Shown: positions 12,921-29,779, counted from the first letter of the stretch. The stretch is 64,000 nucleotides of DNA from the human T2T-CHM13v2.0 reference genome, Homo sapiens (GCF_009914755.1 NC_060932.1); one strand, 5' to 3'. Notes: generated by a model not told the origin, from the letters alone. Numbers and translations: made by a program.

Positions 12921-14774
12921 GAAAAACAAGAGCAGTATTGAAGGGTTGGCTCAATTGAAGTTTAGCATGTCTTGTGAAATAATTTTTCTTCCTGTTCATT
13001 TGAAAACTTATGAAAATATTAAAAATTGGTACTAAAAACATAACTGATATTTTTAAATGTCACTCATAAGAACATACATATTCATCACATTTCTCAGTAT
13101 AAACCAAGAAACATAAGAAAAAACATCCAAAATACATTTTAACGTCTTTACAGGCTGCTTTAGTTTTAGTTAGAAATAATATAGAGAGTCAAAGACTCAA
13201 ATTATAAATCTAAGTGGCTCTGCATTCTGCCAAGATTGGAATGCAGCATGGATGAAATTTACTGTGACCCAAACTTTCAACAAAATAGTTCATGACAACA
13301 AGATAGGACCACAAATGAGGTTTTTTATTCCAATAAATTCTTTGACTTATCTGTTCTTACTGTTGTCTTTAAGCACAAGATTTGTAGGTGGCCGCCAAAT
13401 TGGGAATTTTAGAAAAGAAAGTTTTAAATGGAACTGACTCCAGCTGGGAATTGAGAACTGTTTGGTGTTTTGTCTGGGAGGAAGTATCAAGGTGTTCCTA
13501 AGAGCTGAGGTATATCTGAAATGGTAGTATCAGGAAGTTTGCAGGGTTAGTATGAAATGAAATGAAAATTTCAATTGTACTGTATCCCAACCAATAATAT
13601 AATATCTTCCTTACATAATGAGCATAATGCTGGAGTTTCACATAGTAAAGAGTACCAACAATAAATAGACTCATGTTAGCTGTTTTAATTTTTTCAGGAT
13701 ATGAAGGGTTTCATTGGTGTGATAGCACTAGAGAGGATTTGGGATTTTTTCCCCGTTTTAAAAAAATTATGTTTTAGAGATCATCTACTACAGTCACTTT
13801 TGTCAGTGAAGAGAGAATTGATTTCAGCTCTAGTGATTCTTCAAAGAACATTCTAGAATGCTGAAATATTTTGGTTCCTCAGCTTTATTATCCACAACAC
13901 TTAGGGAAACTCCACAGAGATGTGTTATGAGCTGGAAGCCACTTGCCTCCATGTTGCGGTGAGGGGCAGGATTGCTGGGTGGAAGCGTTGTGCTATTTAC
14001 GTAGCTCAGCTGAACAGTTCACAGAGATGTGGCTATTATAGAGGCAGTAACGTTAACCTACAAAAAATATCTGCCCTCCAACCAGTCTCAGATAAAACAG
14101 TAGAATCATAGATTCTACCAGGAAAACTGCTCAATTGTTTGTTGTATAAATGGATTGTTGTACAAATGAATAAATGAGGGAATAAGTGGATAGAATTTTG
14201 GAATGAAAATGTTGTTCCTAGATTCAAGTTATTCAATAATTTTCCTTTGGAATTCATACAGCAGATCATCCCAACTTGATTCTTAACCCAGGGCAGCATT
14301 GTACTTTTCTACTCGCCTAGGACATTTAAGCCTGTGTGGAGACAAGTAGGTTATCATAGTGTTGGGAGTATGGGGGATATGAGTGTTGTGGTTACTTAGT
14401 TCCCAAAGCACTGAAATGCTAACGCCAGTGATGAACAGGAAGTCCTGTGCAACGAGGAATTCTTGCCTACGATAGTAAATAATATCCCCAATGAGAAGCA
14501 GTGAGTCTCTCTCTGGGTTCTCCGACAGGAAGGCTAAAGACAAAAGTCCTCATTTCTCAAGTAATTGGCGACTTTGTTGGACATTTAACATTCAAAAAAG
14601 ACTTCTTATACTTTGCCAAAACATTGCAAATTGTACTCAGTACCAGCTTTGTCCTTCAAAGAATAGAGACCTGCCAGCTTCTACTAAGGTTATTCTTACA
14701 ACTCGTTTACCCATGTTGCCCATCTGGTTACTTTCTTGAGGGCGCTATGCAGGTTGTCTCTGTCCCTGTCAAGG

Positions 14775-15580
14775 TGAGGCATTCAGAACTCCATCCAATC
14801 CTCTAACTATGGCCTGCCAAGTGGTATAAATAACACGTACAGCCCTAGCGGTCATAGCTACTATTTTTTCCTTAGTTCTGCAAACTAAGATGGCATTAAT
14901 TTTTTTAAAATTTTTGTTAGCTTATTATCAACTAAAACTTCAGATCTTCACATAAACTGTTGTCAGTCTGAGCATCCATCATTCTGAGCTAGGGATTAGC
15001 AAGCTTTCTTGGTTAAGGGCCAGATAGCAAATACTTTAGATACCAAAGGTCATTCAGTCTCCATCACAACTACTCAATTCCACAGCTGTAGCATGTAGCC
15101 ATGGACAATACAGAAATCACTGGGGTGGTTGTGTTTCAATTAAACTTTATTTGTAGAAACAGATAGTAGGATATATTCGGCTCTTGGGCCATAGTTTGCT
15201 GATCTTTGTTCTATACTTAAAGAAATATTAGATTAAAATAGAAATTTAGTGCTTTTTAATTATGTCTGTTCATATTATTTTGTTGATTTCAGCCAATCAT
15301 TCCAACCAGCTGAGAACCTCTTGAATTCTAATTGTGGGAGTTCTGTTATTTAATTTAATTAAAAAAATTATGCTGCTTTTCAACTTTGTATCACCTAACA
15401 CATGACTTCTTTGCTTTTATGTATTAATAGTTCTTCTCCATTCCAAAACAAAAACAATACTTGAATAGAAAAAAGCCTTAAAAAGGCCCTATACCATATA
15501 CTAGTTTTTCAGTTTAAGATGGTCAGTGATACAATTGATAAACATGTTTTGGTTACTGTAATGATAAAACTACACCATTC
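14775..15580 (-). mobile_element. L3/CR1 fragment interrupted by MER58A
   Basis: CTAAGATGGCATTA, TCAACTAAAAC...TTCACATAAACTG and GATTTCAGCCAATCATTCCAACC are colinear with recalled L3 on both sides of the insert. Confidence 0.55.
14990..15208 (+). mobile_element. MER58A hAT-Charlie MITE
   Basis: AAGGGCCAGATAG...ACAACTACTCAA...AAACTTTATTT...GCCATAGTTTGCTGA; degenerate TSD TTCTGAGC / TTCTATAC. Confidence 0.85.
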
Positions 15581-16642
15581 TTCTATCATGCAGCAGACAG
15601 TTCTTTCTGTTCTTTATAGGAAGTACTGGCCCTTGTCTGCATTTCCTTCCCGAAATCAAGATGCATGTCTATGACAAGTTCTTGTTGTGCCACAGTGTTA
15701 ATACCAACAAATCTAATGTTGGTCAAATATAACAGGCTTTTAGGAAATCATCTGTTTACTTATGTATTTTTGCAGTCAGCTTAGAAGAGATGTGAATTTT
15801 ATCAGCCCAGCCCTGTACCCTCTTATGAGATGTTTACCCAAATGGGGCTTTCATTCCTTTGTAGCATGAATATGTAAACACCTTACTACGGTTCTGAAAT
15901 CATAGTTATGAGTCCATTAGCACCCTAATGGGAAGGAAGGAGTTAACTGTGATATGTAAATCCCCCCTTCCTTTCCTGAAGACAATCTGGGCCAGGTGCT
16001 GACCTCCACCAGGCCTCCTGTAAACATTCCAAGATTTAGTAACAGAAAGATGACCTAGGAGGTTCAAATATAAGAATGTTTTTATTTGGGTATTCTTTTT
16101 CTATCTCGATTACTTACTATAACTAAACCTGGAATTCGTGGGTTTATTTGATGCATATGGCTGGAGAGTGGAAGTTAGTCCAATGAGCTCTTTATCTGCA
16201 TGAGAAATAAGTAAGAAGCCTTAAACTTATTATTATTTGTTTTCTGAGATAGCTTGCACCACACACATAATGAGCATTCATCTGTTATTCTGGAACCAAA
16301 CTGCATCCCATTTGAAAAAAAGCAATTTTTGGAGACTGTGAGAGACAGTTGAAGTCTTTTTTGTTACTGCCTGTGTTTCTGTTGTTACTATATGCTTCAC
16401 TAATCTCCATTGAAGTTGGGTGTAGTCTATGATCTGTGATTCCTGTGAACCAGCTGTGATAATGTAACTCTTTGGGATTCTGCACTATGATAAAATGCAG
16501 ATGGTCCTCAGACTTGAATGCATCTAAGGCGTTGGGGAAGGTCTCTGGTTGCTTTACATTTTCTTGATTTTTTTTCTATTTAAACAAAGCAGTTTAATAA
16601 ATTTCTAATACATTTTCTTGCTCCAGACTGCCTGGAAATTCA

Positions 16643-17417
16643 TTTTTTTTTAAATTTAGTTATTATTATACTTTAAGTTTTAGGGTACATGTGCACAATG
16701 TGCAGGTTTGTTACATATGTATACATGTGCCATGCTGGTGTGCTGCATCCATTAACTCGTCATTTAGCATTAGGTTTATCTCCTAATGCTATCCCTCCCC
16801 CGACCCCCCACCCCACAACAGTCCCCAGAGTGTGATGTTCCCCTTCCTGTGTCCATGTGTTCTCATTGTTCAATTCCCACCTATGAGTGAGAACATGCAG
16901 TGTTTGGTTTTTTGTCCTTGCGATAGTTTGCTGAGAATGATGGTTTCCAGTTTCATCCATGTCCCTACAAAGGACATGAACTCATCATTTTTTATGGCTG
17001 CATAGTATTCCATGGTATATATGTGCCACATTTTCTTAATCCAGTCTATCATTGTTGGACATTTGGGTTGGTTCCAAATCTTTGCTATTGTGAATAGTGC
17101 CGCAATAAACATACATGTGCATGTGTTTTTATAGCAGCATGATTTATAGTCCTTTGGGTATATACCCAGTAATGGAATGGCTGGGTCAAATGGTATTTCT
17201 AGTTCTAGATCCCTGAGGAATCGCCACACTGACTTCCACAATGGTTGAACTAGTTTACAGTCCCACCAACAGTGTAAAAGTGTTCCTATTTCTCCACATC
17301 CTCTCCAGCACCTGTTGTTTCCTGACTTTTTAATGATTGCATTCTAACTGGTGTGAGATGGTATCTCATTGTGGTTTTGATTTGCATTTCTCTGATGGCC
17401 AGTGATGATGAGCATTT
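16643..17417 (-). mobile_element. 5'-truncated L1PA (PA3/4-like), ~0.8 kb, with probable 3' transduction
   Basis: L1 3'UTR plus ORF2 C-terminus (ORF 16870-17241, ...SLIGGN); TSD lies ~70 bp beyond the L1 tail. Confidence 0.95.
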
Positions 17418-18075
17418 CTTGATTTCTTAAGTTAAATTTCCTTTTAAGGTATTTGTTATTTGATGTTCCATTTTGATTAGAAAAAGTGGAGAAAGAAATT
17501 TTGTAATTCTGAATTTTCTCTGTTATTTCCCCCACATTATGAGCCTATTAAGCTGATTGCTTCCATATTGATAGACTTACTTCAAATTCTTTTTTGTAAT
17601 CATAAAAATTCTTCCTTTTCTAGTTTAAAGACCAGCTTTTATGACCAACTAAGAATAAATTTAAGTGTGTGAAACATAGCTAAATGTTTTTAGGTTAAAG
17701 GAGTAGAAGAATCCTATGAAATTTACATTTAAAAGCTTATTTAGTTTAGTGCAATGAATCACATTTGGCATATTACAATTTTTAAATGCTAATATTATAT
17801 TTATCAGCAAATTATTTGCATATTACCATAATGTGAGTCTTTAAATTATTTTGATATTGAAATGGAGATAATATATTGAATAGTATCGACTCTTCTAAAT
17901 TTGATGCTTACCGTTTATTTTCTTCTTGGAATATCCCATGCATTTTTAGATGCTTAAGAAATAAACTTATTGAGGCTGTAACAGCTATGTAGAAACTCAG
18001 GGTATCTTTTTTTGGTTTAATAATACCCAAAAGGTTGGAAATGTACAAAAAATATTAAATCTGAGAGCATGGTAA

Positions 18076-18422
<347 letters not shown>

Positions 18423-19824
18423 TGATTTTGACTTTTTTCATTAGCAATGGAGGAGAAGTATTTCAGAGTAGTGACAAGGCACTCCATTGCTTGATGGCAG
18501 CACTGGATATAAGAAAAGAAATCTAGATATAGATCAATTATTGTGCTGCTGATGATCTCAAGCTCTGTACTAATGAGCAGTTACGAAAATGAGAGATGAT
18601 GTTCTATTAAGTACACACATGCTTCATGTGGATTTTGAATGTACCTACGTATTTGGTTTTGTCTGTTAAAATCACTTTAAAATTAGGTTGGCAAATTTCC
18701 CAATTTATTAATTTATCTATCTTTTTCAAGATAGAAAAAAGTAATGTTCAAGAGAGTGTTATGAAAGGTTAAACGTAAAGGCCAGGAATTTGTAATTACT
18801 AGCAGTCATGCTTTGCTAAATTAATGAGAAGATAATTGTCAATACATTTTTTGGTAGGAATAGTTTTGTTTAAGTCAAACATTGCATTAAAATAATTATT
18901 TGGACTCTTTTTAGAATACAACTGTGATTTCTCTGCTTCATTTTCAGTGGTGAATAAAATGCATGTTTTAATTTTTTTCTATGTTTAATTTTTCCTAGAA
19001 CTCTATACTTTTACCATATAAGATTCTAAACTTTTGAACTTTGAATTCTGTAAGTTTTTGGCATTATAATTTTAATTAATTGTTAATAATAGTTAAATTT
19101 TATTGATCACTGGGTTTCAAATTTAATAATGATGCATATGGAAAGCGTTTTTCAGAAAATGTTTAAAAACTATTTTTGAAAGTCCAGGGTAAATACTATT
19201 GAAATTAATAAAAATTTGTTATTACAGAACAAGCATATTTCAGCTACATTTTTAATGAATCTGTCAAAAGAGTTATTGGGTAGGAAATTATATAAGTAGG
19301 ATACATTTTTTCCTAGGGTATTTTTTTGTAATCTGCATGATTACTGTTTTGTAATTGAACAGAAAGCAGTTTGTATTTTTAAGCATCTGGCTTTTTTCAT
19401 TATTAAACTTAGACCTAGGTAGAATTGTGGGGATGTGTAGGGGTGTAGGTGGACGGGATTTATTGATAGCTACTAATGACTGTCTCCCACTCCTAATCCC
19501 TCTGAATTGCCCGGTGTTGCAAACCCTCCTTCTGTGGGCTTTGGTGGTGACTGACGTCTCATGCGTAAGAAAGGTGAGTCATTATCCTTTATACAACATA
19601 GCTTGTGTGGTATGAAAATTTATCATCTTCTCTGAAACTGTCTAATATGTAGTCACCTCTAAAGTAATTCACTTAAGCTAAGTTATTTTTCTAGTAAGAA
19701 ATCCCAAAAAGGGGGATTTAAAATTTCTCTTGTGAAAAAGGTTAAGGTAAGTTCAGATGGATTTTGGATATGGCCTTGAATAAAGTTCACTTTACTTACT
19801 TTTAAAATCCACTTTTAATTTTCT

Positions 19825-20432
19825 GAGGACTTCTGCTTCTGGCAAGGATGAAGTCGGTGGTTTTGAATATACTCTTTTGAGGGTAATAGCTATATCACTG
19901 GATAAAATAGATGAGGCAGTAGTTTTCAGGCACTGCACAACAGGTAATGTGGGACTATGATCTTGAGATAAAGGAGACTTTACCTTTAAGGTGCTTTTCC
20001 AGTGTAGAGCAAGAACCTGGAGCCTAACCGGAGTACAGCAGTCTTGCTAACATGACAAGACAGGTATTGGAGATCAGCACGGAGACAGGCAGAGCAAGTA
20101 AGAGAAAGCTACATAGAGAGGAACAAGGCGTTGATGTGGTTCTGTCTCAAGACATTGCCTATGACCTGGGCCGCCACACATGCCTGGATTGAGACTCTGT
20201 GGAGCCTCTCCTAGAAAAGCTGCTGCAGGATGGAGAGCTGAAGAGACTCAGGTCATGTAGACTGAAGAGGCCTCCCTGAGAAGTCCTAAGGCAGTTAGTA
20301 CCATAAGGGTTATGCCAAGGAGTAAGTCATCATACCCTAGAATAAGGGTCACATGATAGAACTAAGGAATGAAGCAAAGTAGACCCACTGTACAAAGCAT
20401 AAAACCATGCCTGACAGGACCCAGAGATCCTA
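19825..20432 (+). mobile_element. Old L1M (L1MC/MD-like) 5' region
   Basis: GAGGACTTCTGCTTCTGGCAAGGATG start and CTGGATAAAATAGATGA...GTTTTCAGGCACTG match recalled L1M 5' ends. Confidence 0.6.
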
Positions 20433-20439
20433 CTGCTGG

Positions 20440-23771
<3,332 letters not shown>

Positions 23772-25806
23772 ATGGTGGTTGTTTAGATATATTAAGCATG
23801 TATTTATATGCATATATGTAAACTTATGCATGTTTGTCATCCAGATATATTATAGTGTGAGTTCACATTTTCTTTTATGTTGAGCAAATATTCAGATTGA
23901 ATACAGGAAGCCCAAGCATTTTATGAGTTCTGATGACAAATATCACAGGAAGGACAAAAACAATTTTTTTTTAAAAAAGCATGCTTGTTCCTCTCACATC
24001 TCATGTCCTGTCACTTCACCTAAATTCTCTGTCCTCCCTCAAGTTATCTTTTTTTTTTTAATTTTCTCCATGTTTTATTTTCCTCCTGGATCTCTCTCGA
24101 GACATCTGTAACCAACAGAAATTAGATGCACAAATCCTTTTTGTTCCGGGGGGCTTTGCAAACAGTTTACTCTCAAGCCGACCCCAGACCCTGGGTTTCT
24201 CATGTGGTCTTCAGACTACCCATATTACAATAGAAAACCCACTCGGGAAATTGGAGCTGACAAGTCTTGAGATGGTTATCCCACTAATTTCCATCCCTGC
24301 ACCATTTACTAAAAGTGATACAGGTGGGTGGAAATCAGGTGAGGCCTGCTTCTCAGAAGTAACCAAAGATGCCTGCACACCTCTGTGTGTCCCTCGGCCT
24401 ATTCTTCCTGGGATGGCGAATGTAGTCAGGTGTGGGGCCTGGGCTTGTAGGGATACCCAAAAATTTTCTAGGGAAGTAACCTCACTTTATTAGAGCTTCT
24501 TGTCTCAATTCAGAGTATAGATTTTTGAATGCGTTTGCTGACAGATTGACCTGGACTGTGTTTTCCCCTTATTCAGGGAGCGATCGATCTTTATCAAAAG
24601 GATTTGTTGACTGATGGGCTTTCACAGTTCTAATGTGCTGTTTGATACTTTTAAAAGACATATGCCCCTTTGTATAATGAAATTACCTGATAAAACAGGG
24701 AATGAAGCTCAGGTTTTCTGAAGCATCTTAGCTCTTGACTGCTTTGGTGACTGCCAGGGAATTTTGTTTGTATTTGCCTGTGATGGAAACCTTACAACCT
24801 TAGTGAAATTGTTTTTGAATATTCAAGTTTCTAGACCATATACTGTCCTTCTAGGCCTAAGGGCCTGAACTAAACCAAGATTGTGTTTCCCTCAGGTAAG
24901 TACTTCCAGACACTCTATCCTCTCTGTCTTTACAACCCTCTTCTCCTCATTACTGTACTATGTAACACTAGATGCGCATTATAGTCCACATAAAAAGCCA
25001 TTTCTGTAGCATCTTGTCATCGGTTCATGGTTGTGCTTTGAAGCCGTGTTGAGTTCTGAACTCAGAGCCTAACAGCAATGGCTCAAGTGCACCACACCGT
25101 ATTATTTACCCAGATGGGGTTAATTGTTAAATAAAAGAATGGGCCCTTTCAGTTTACTTTTTTGCAGTCTCTCTAACACTGATTATGGAAGACAGGGAAG
25201 ACTATGATAAATATCAAACTTTCTAATCAGAAACGAGTCCAGTTGTATTTGAGATCTTGAACTTAATCCAGAATTAGAAAATGTCCTTAAGTTATCTTTT
25301 GCTTTCTTGAGACCATCTGCTCTTACGTGGCTATTTTTTTTTTGAGTTTCTAAATATATTTGTGTCAATCCTGATGACAAACCCATTTTTCAGTTCCTTG
25401 AAGTGGTTGTGGAGACAGGACTGTTCCATAGAACAAAACGTTACTCAAGGGTCATGGATAACAAGCAAATTACACAAATAGAAAATTTAAATTGGATCCC
25501 TGGTTTGGTCCACAGATCAAAGTTCTTTCACAGGATCCCTTACTAGAAAATTTTCCAGTACCTGGATTAACCCAAAGTTACTATTTTAAATCATATATAT
25601 GTCATTATATTTTCTAACTAATTATTGAAGTTATATACCATATTTTTTCTAACTGATTATTGAAGTAGGATTTTAAATTATCTTATATATTTCATCTTTG
25701 ATTTAACAGTGTTTCAGGAGATTCCCTTAATTTAAAAAATAATATAATTTTATAAGCTGCAAATAATGACAACTTTTCTTCCATCTTCTTTGCACAGTAT
25801 GTCACA

Positions 25807-26061
25807 GCATTTCTGTTTGTCCTATAATGGTCCCAAAAGCCATTTTAGGTGATACATGGACAAATATTTTATTTTAGAAATTTTGTATCTTGTATACTTT
25901 CAAAAAATTTACAGTAAAAAACATATGAAAGGTTTTTTATTTCTTTGGGAATACTTTAAAAATTAATGTATTGATTTAAAGAGAAATCATACAACAGGCA
26001 TCACAAAAGCATTAAAAATTATTAAAGTGACGTGTAAAAATTCTTGTGCATGGAAAAACTG
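25807..26061 (-). mobile_element. MER113-like hAT-Charlie relic
   Basis: ATTTTAGGTGATACATGGACA...TTGATTTAAAGAGAAAT...GGAAAAACTG. Confidence 0.5.
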
Positions 26062-26399
26062 AAATGCCTTCCTACCTGCTCATTATGAACTCTTCTTCCA
26101 CTTTTCCTTTTTGAGACCTGTGACCACATAGCCGAGAATGTCACGTGCATATATTCTCCCTAGAAAAATGGGAGTCCCAGAAGGGGTATCAGAGAAAAGT
26201 TTGCCAGGGTGAGGTGGGCCAACAGGCATTGGTGCTGTCTGGCTCACAAAAGTATGTTTGTGAAACTCTGGGGAGCTGTCAATTTTCTGGTTGTTGTAAC
26301 CTCTGTGACTGGGACTTACGGGGAGACAGTGGTGGATTTCTGTCTTCTTCCACTTTTTTTGGTGCTGTCCTTGCTGTGCTGGTTAAAAGGGTAGACTGT

Positions 26400-26711
26400 A
26401 CCCAGGCGCGGTGGCTTACGTCTGTAATCCCAGTACTTTGGGAGGTCGAGGGCAGATCACCTGAGGTCGGGAGTTTGAGATCAGCCTGACTAACATGGAG
26501 AAACCCCATCTCTACGAAAAATACAAAATTAGGCGGGCATGGTGGCACATGCCTGTAATCCCAGCTACTTGGGAGGCTGAGGCAGGAGAATTGCTTGAAC
26601 CTTGGAGGTAGGTGGAGGTTGCACTGAGCCAAGATTGCACCATTTCACTTCAGCCTGGGCAACAACAGCAAAACTCTGTCTCAAATAAATAAATAAATAA
26701 ATAAAATAAAT
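26400..26711 (+). mobile_element. AluS (Sp-like)
   Basis: CTGACTAACATGGAGAAACCCC diagnostic; (AAAT)n tail; TSD GTAGACTGT (26391-26399, 26712-26720). Confidence 0.96.
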
Positions 26712-28049
26712 GTAGACTGTGTGGTGCTTAGTTTCAGGAAGTAAAGCTCATTCAAGATCCAGCAGTAACAAAGCACTCTGGGTAGAAAAACAGGAAGAAA
26801 GGGATAAAACATGAATGTGGTGTAATTGAGATGCAAAAAAAAACTCTGAAAACTGGAGAATCTCACCTATGTAATTACCTAAATGCAGGTGAACAAGAAT
26901 TCCTGGGTAACTGTGGTTCAGATTTCCTCAAGGGCATCTGAGTTCAGTGGTTCAGACATGCACCTGTGAGTAAGTTGGTGGGGAAAATTGACCTTTTAGT
27001 TTTTAGATTCTCTTTAGTGAAAAATAGCAAAGCAGTTTTTTAAAGTGTGGGTTCAGGAATATACTAGAATGACTCTGTAATTTCATCTCAAATATATTGC
27101 TATTTTTAGAAACTAAAGGGGTACTATCCTGGGGCTCTTCAATACTCATCATAAAACCAATCCTTTAATCTTACTCCTGGTGTATCCCACGCTTCGCAGA
27201 TGCTAATGTCCCCCAAATCTAGGTTTCACTAGAAAAGAAAACGTCACTGTAAAATGGAGAATGTATGTGTTCTAAACTATTGATCTGAAGTTGCCAGCTA
27301 TAAAATCTTGGCAAAATAATGCTTCTATTGGGTTGTATATTTCATGATGATGAAAAGTTGAGAGAATACATAAATGTATACTGTGCTTACCTACAGAAAT
27401 AGCGTCTGCTTTATGGGGGGAAATTCTAGCTTTGTTGTATCTCATTATCAGGAGCTGTGGTATTCTTTTAAGGAGTCCTTGGAATGAGAGCTGAAGAGGC
27501 TGAACCAAAAGTCAGCTTGTGGCTAGAGCAGATTATGTGGAGGAACTCTTTAGAGAGTCGCTGAACCCTGCCCTGGGTTTCATTGTGTGTTCTGATCTCT
27601 CCTCTTCTGCTCCCAGTGGGGCTCTGAGTTAGACTTCAGGTTTTCCTCAGAGTGACTCTCAGAGCTCTCTGTGTGAGCATAGCTGGTATTGGTCCCCCTG
27701 CCATCTGATGTCACCACGTGAATTTAGGATGAAGCCTGATGCCCAAGGGCCTTCAAACTCCACTCTGTCCAATCCCTTTTTCTTTGAACTTGGCAGATTA
27801 GGGTGACCCAGTCATACAAAAATATCTGAACCAGACAGCTTGAAAGCAATGGCAGTTTTTCTTCACTTAAGATTTTACATAATTTATCAACTCAATTTTC
27901 TATACTTGAATATTGGTGGAAAAAAGGAAATGCTGAATTGGATGCAGCTATTCTAGACAATTGAATCTGTGTATTATGCATGTGGGCGTATTTATGTATG
28001 ATGCACCTTCTTCCATTTACTGTACTTGCAGTGGCTTACATATTTTTAT

Positions 28050-28142
28050 GTGCAAGATATTTATTTATATCTGCATCCAAATGTCTAGCCAAGTACTACG
28101 TATATTATAGGCACTCAGTAAATGTTTGTTCAATCAAAATGA
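28050..28142 (+). mobile_element. L2 3' end fragment
   Basis: TAGGCACTCAGTAAATGTTTGTT. Confidence 0.65.
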
Positions 28143-29090
28143 CTTTAAAATAGAGTAAAGATGATTTAAAGGAAGGAAGTGATCATTCCAGATATCTGAA
28201 TACAACAGAATATTATCATTGGGCCATTCATTTGATTGTAAGCTTCTTAAATTCAGGACACTAACCCCTTTGTAATAAATTGTGCAGGATTTAGTTTCTC
28301 ACAAAACAGTGCATAACAACCTTACCTTGAAAGAAAAGGAATACAAAATTTATCTTAGCAGGCTATACATAAAGACGTGGTGAAATATAGTGGTTAGCAT
28401 CCTTGACTCTTTTGTATTTATATAAAAGAAGATACAGTATTTTTTTTTAAATGAACAGTGCTCATATGCCCACTCTCAAAGCTAGAAGGAACAATACTGA
28501 ACCGTAATTTAATGAAGGAATTCTCTGTGGAAGAGAGATAATGTTGTCTAGGAATCCTCTGTTTATAGTGTAATTTAATACAATAGGACTTGAATAATTT
28601 AAATGAATAGGTTTCTATTAAACCATCACTTTCAAATAGTATTCTTGGCCAGTTTCCAGAACCAATCAGTTTGTGATTCCTTAACAATTGTCTGTACCAT
28701 GGCAAGTCACTGCTACTGATTAAATAAAGAATCTGTACTTTCAAGTACTGACATGAAGAGGCAAAGGTGACCTTCAGTGGTGGGTGGCTTGGGAGCCTGA
28801 CTTGTGTTCTTTGCCTGGACAGAAGCCAGTTCATTTCAGCATAAGATTGAGCTGCAGGGGAGTCTTTGGGGAGCAAATGGAAATGTGTTAATGGCATTTG
28901 TCTGTACTTTGAATATAGATACTTGGAAGTATGTTTGTCTTATTGTTTTCCTTCATTTTAGAAAATTTATTTTGGACTATTTCTACACTCTTTGCAGACC
29001 TTTGAGGAAAACATCTTATATGAAGGGCTGAAAGGGTAGCTTCAGTGTATTTCAACTGGGGCATGGAAATCCCTGGATTATTCCCTCATA

Positions 29091-29215
29091 CTACTATCTG
29101 CATGGCTCAGACAATGGGACATTCCTTTATATCCATGCCCTGATTTTTGCAGACCAAATCAGGGCATGGATATAAAGGAATGCCCCTCTTGTCTGAGACA
29201 TGCAGATTACAGTAG
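29091..29215. repeat. Long inverted repeat (hairpin): ~56-60-bp arms, 9-nt loop
   Basis: 29120-29146 is the exact reverse complement of 29156-29182; outer arms are imperfect. Confidence 0.97.
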
Positions 29216-29760
29216 CCCTTTGGCTCATACGAGGTTGTGATAATGTAAGTGTTAGATTAGTCTCTGGTTCTGATTTTTAGAAGGTTTAAGTTCTAGTGTC
29301 CAGCAAAAATGCATCAGTGAAGCTGACAGGTGCGTAAGGCAAACATCATAATGATATTAGACTCAGCGTGATTTCATGCATTAATATGGAGTTTGGGTTA
29401 CGCTGACCTCACATCCTGGTTTGAATCCTGATTCATTGAGCAGCAATGTGAACTAGGGCAACACAACAATCTCTGAGCTTCAGTTTTGTAGTTTTGTAGT
29501 CTATTAAAATGGAAATAAATATTAACACATATCTTTGAGGCTTATTTATATAGTCATAGTATATAGGTTTCTATTTCTCAGCTTTTTGGGGGGAATTCTT
29601 GAATTCTTGCATATAAAATAAGATCTCTTTATTTAACAACAGAAAATCCTGATTGTTGGATTCTATTAGCACCTCTGTTCGGTTAGAAAACCTACTAAAT
29701 GTAAAATAAAATTTCTCTTAGGAGTTTTTTTATGTTCATTTATCAAGATTTGATCTATTA
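29147..29760 (+). repeat. Local duplication copy 1 (contains a MIR fragment ~29390-29530)
   Basis: Colinear with 37237-37846; 17 mismatches in a 120-bp sample counted by eye (~86% identity). Confidence 0.95.
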
Positions 29761-29779
29761 AAATTTTAGCCTATTAAAA

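Noticed and set aside
13681-13720. Good + strand acceptor TTTTTTCAG|G
   Set aside because: No strong donor at exon-like distance
28418-28897. 159-aa ORF and the other short non-L1 ORFs
   Set aside because: No recognisable domain or exon structure; consistent with chance ORFs
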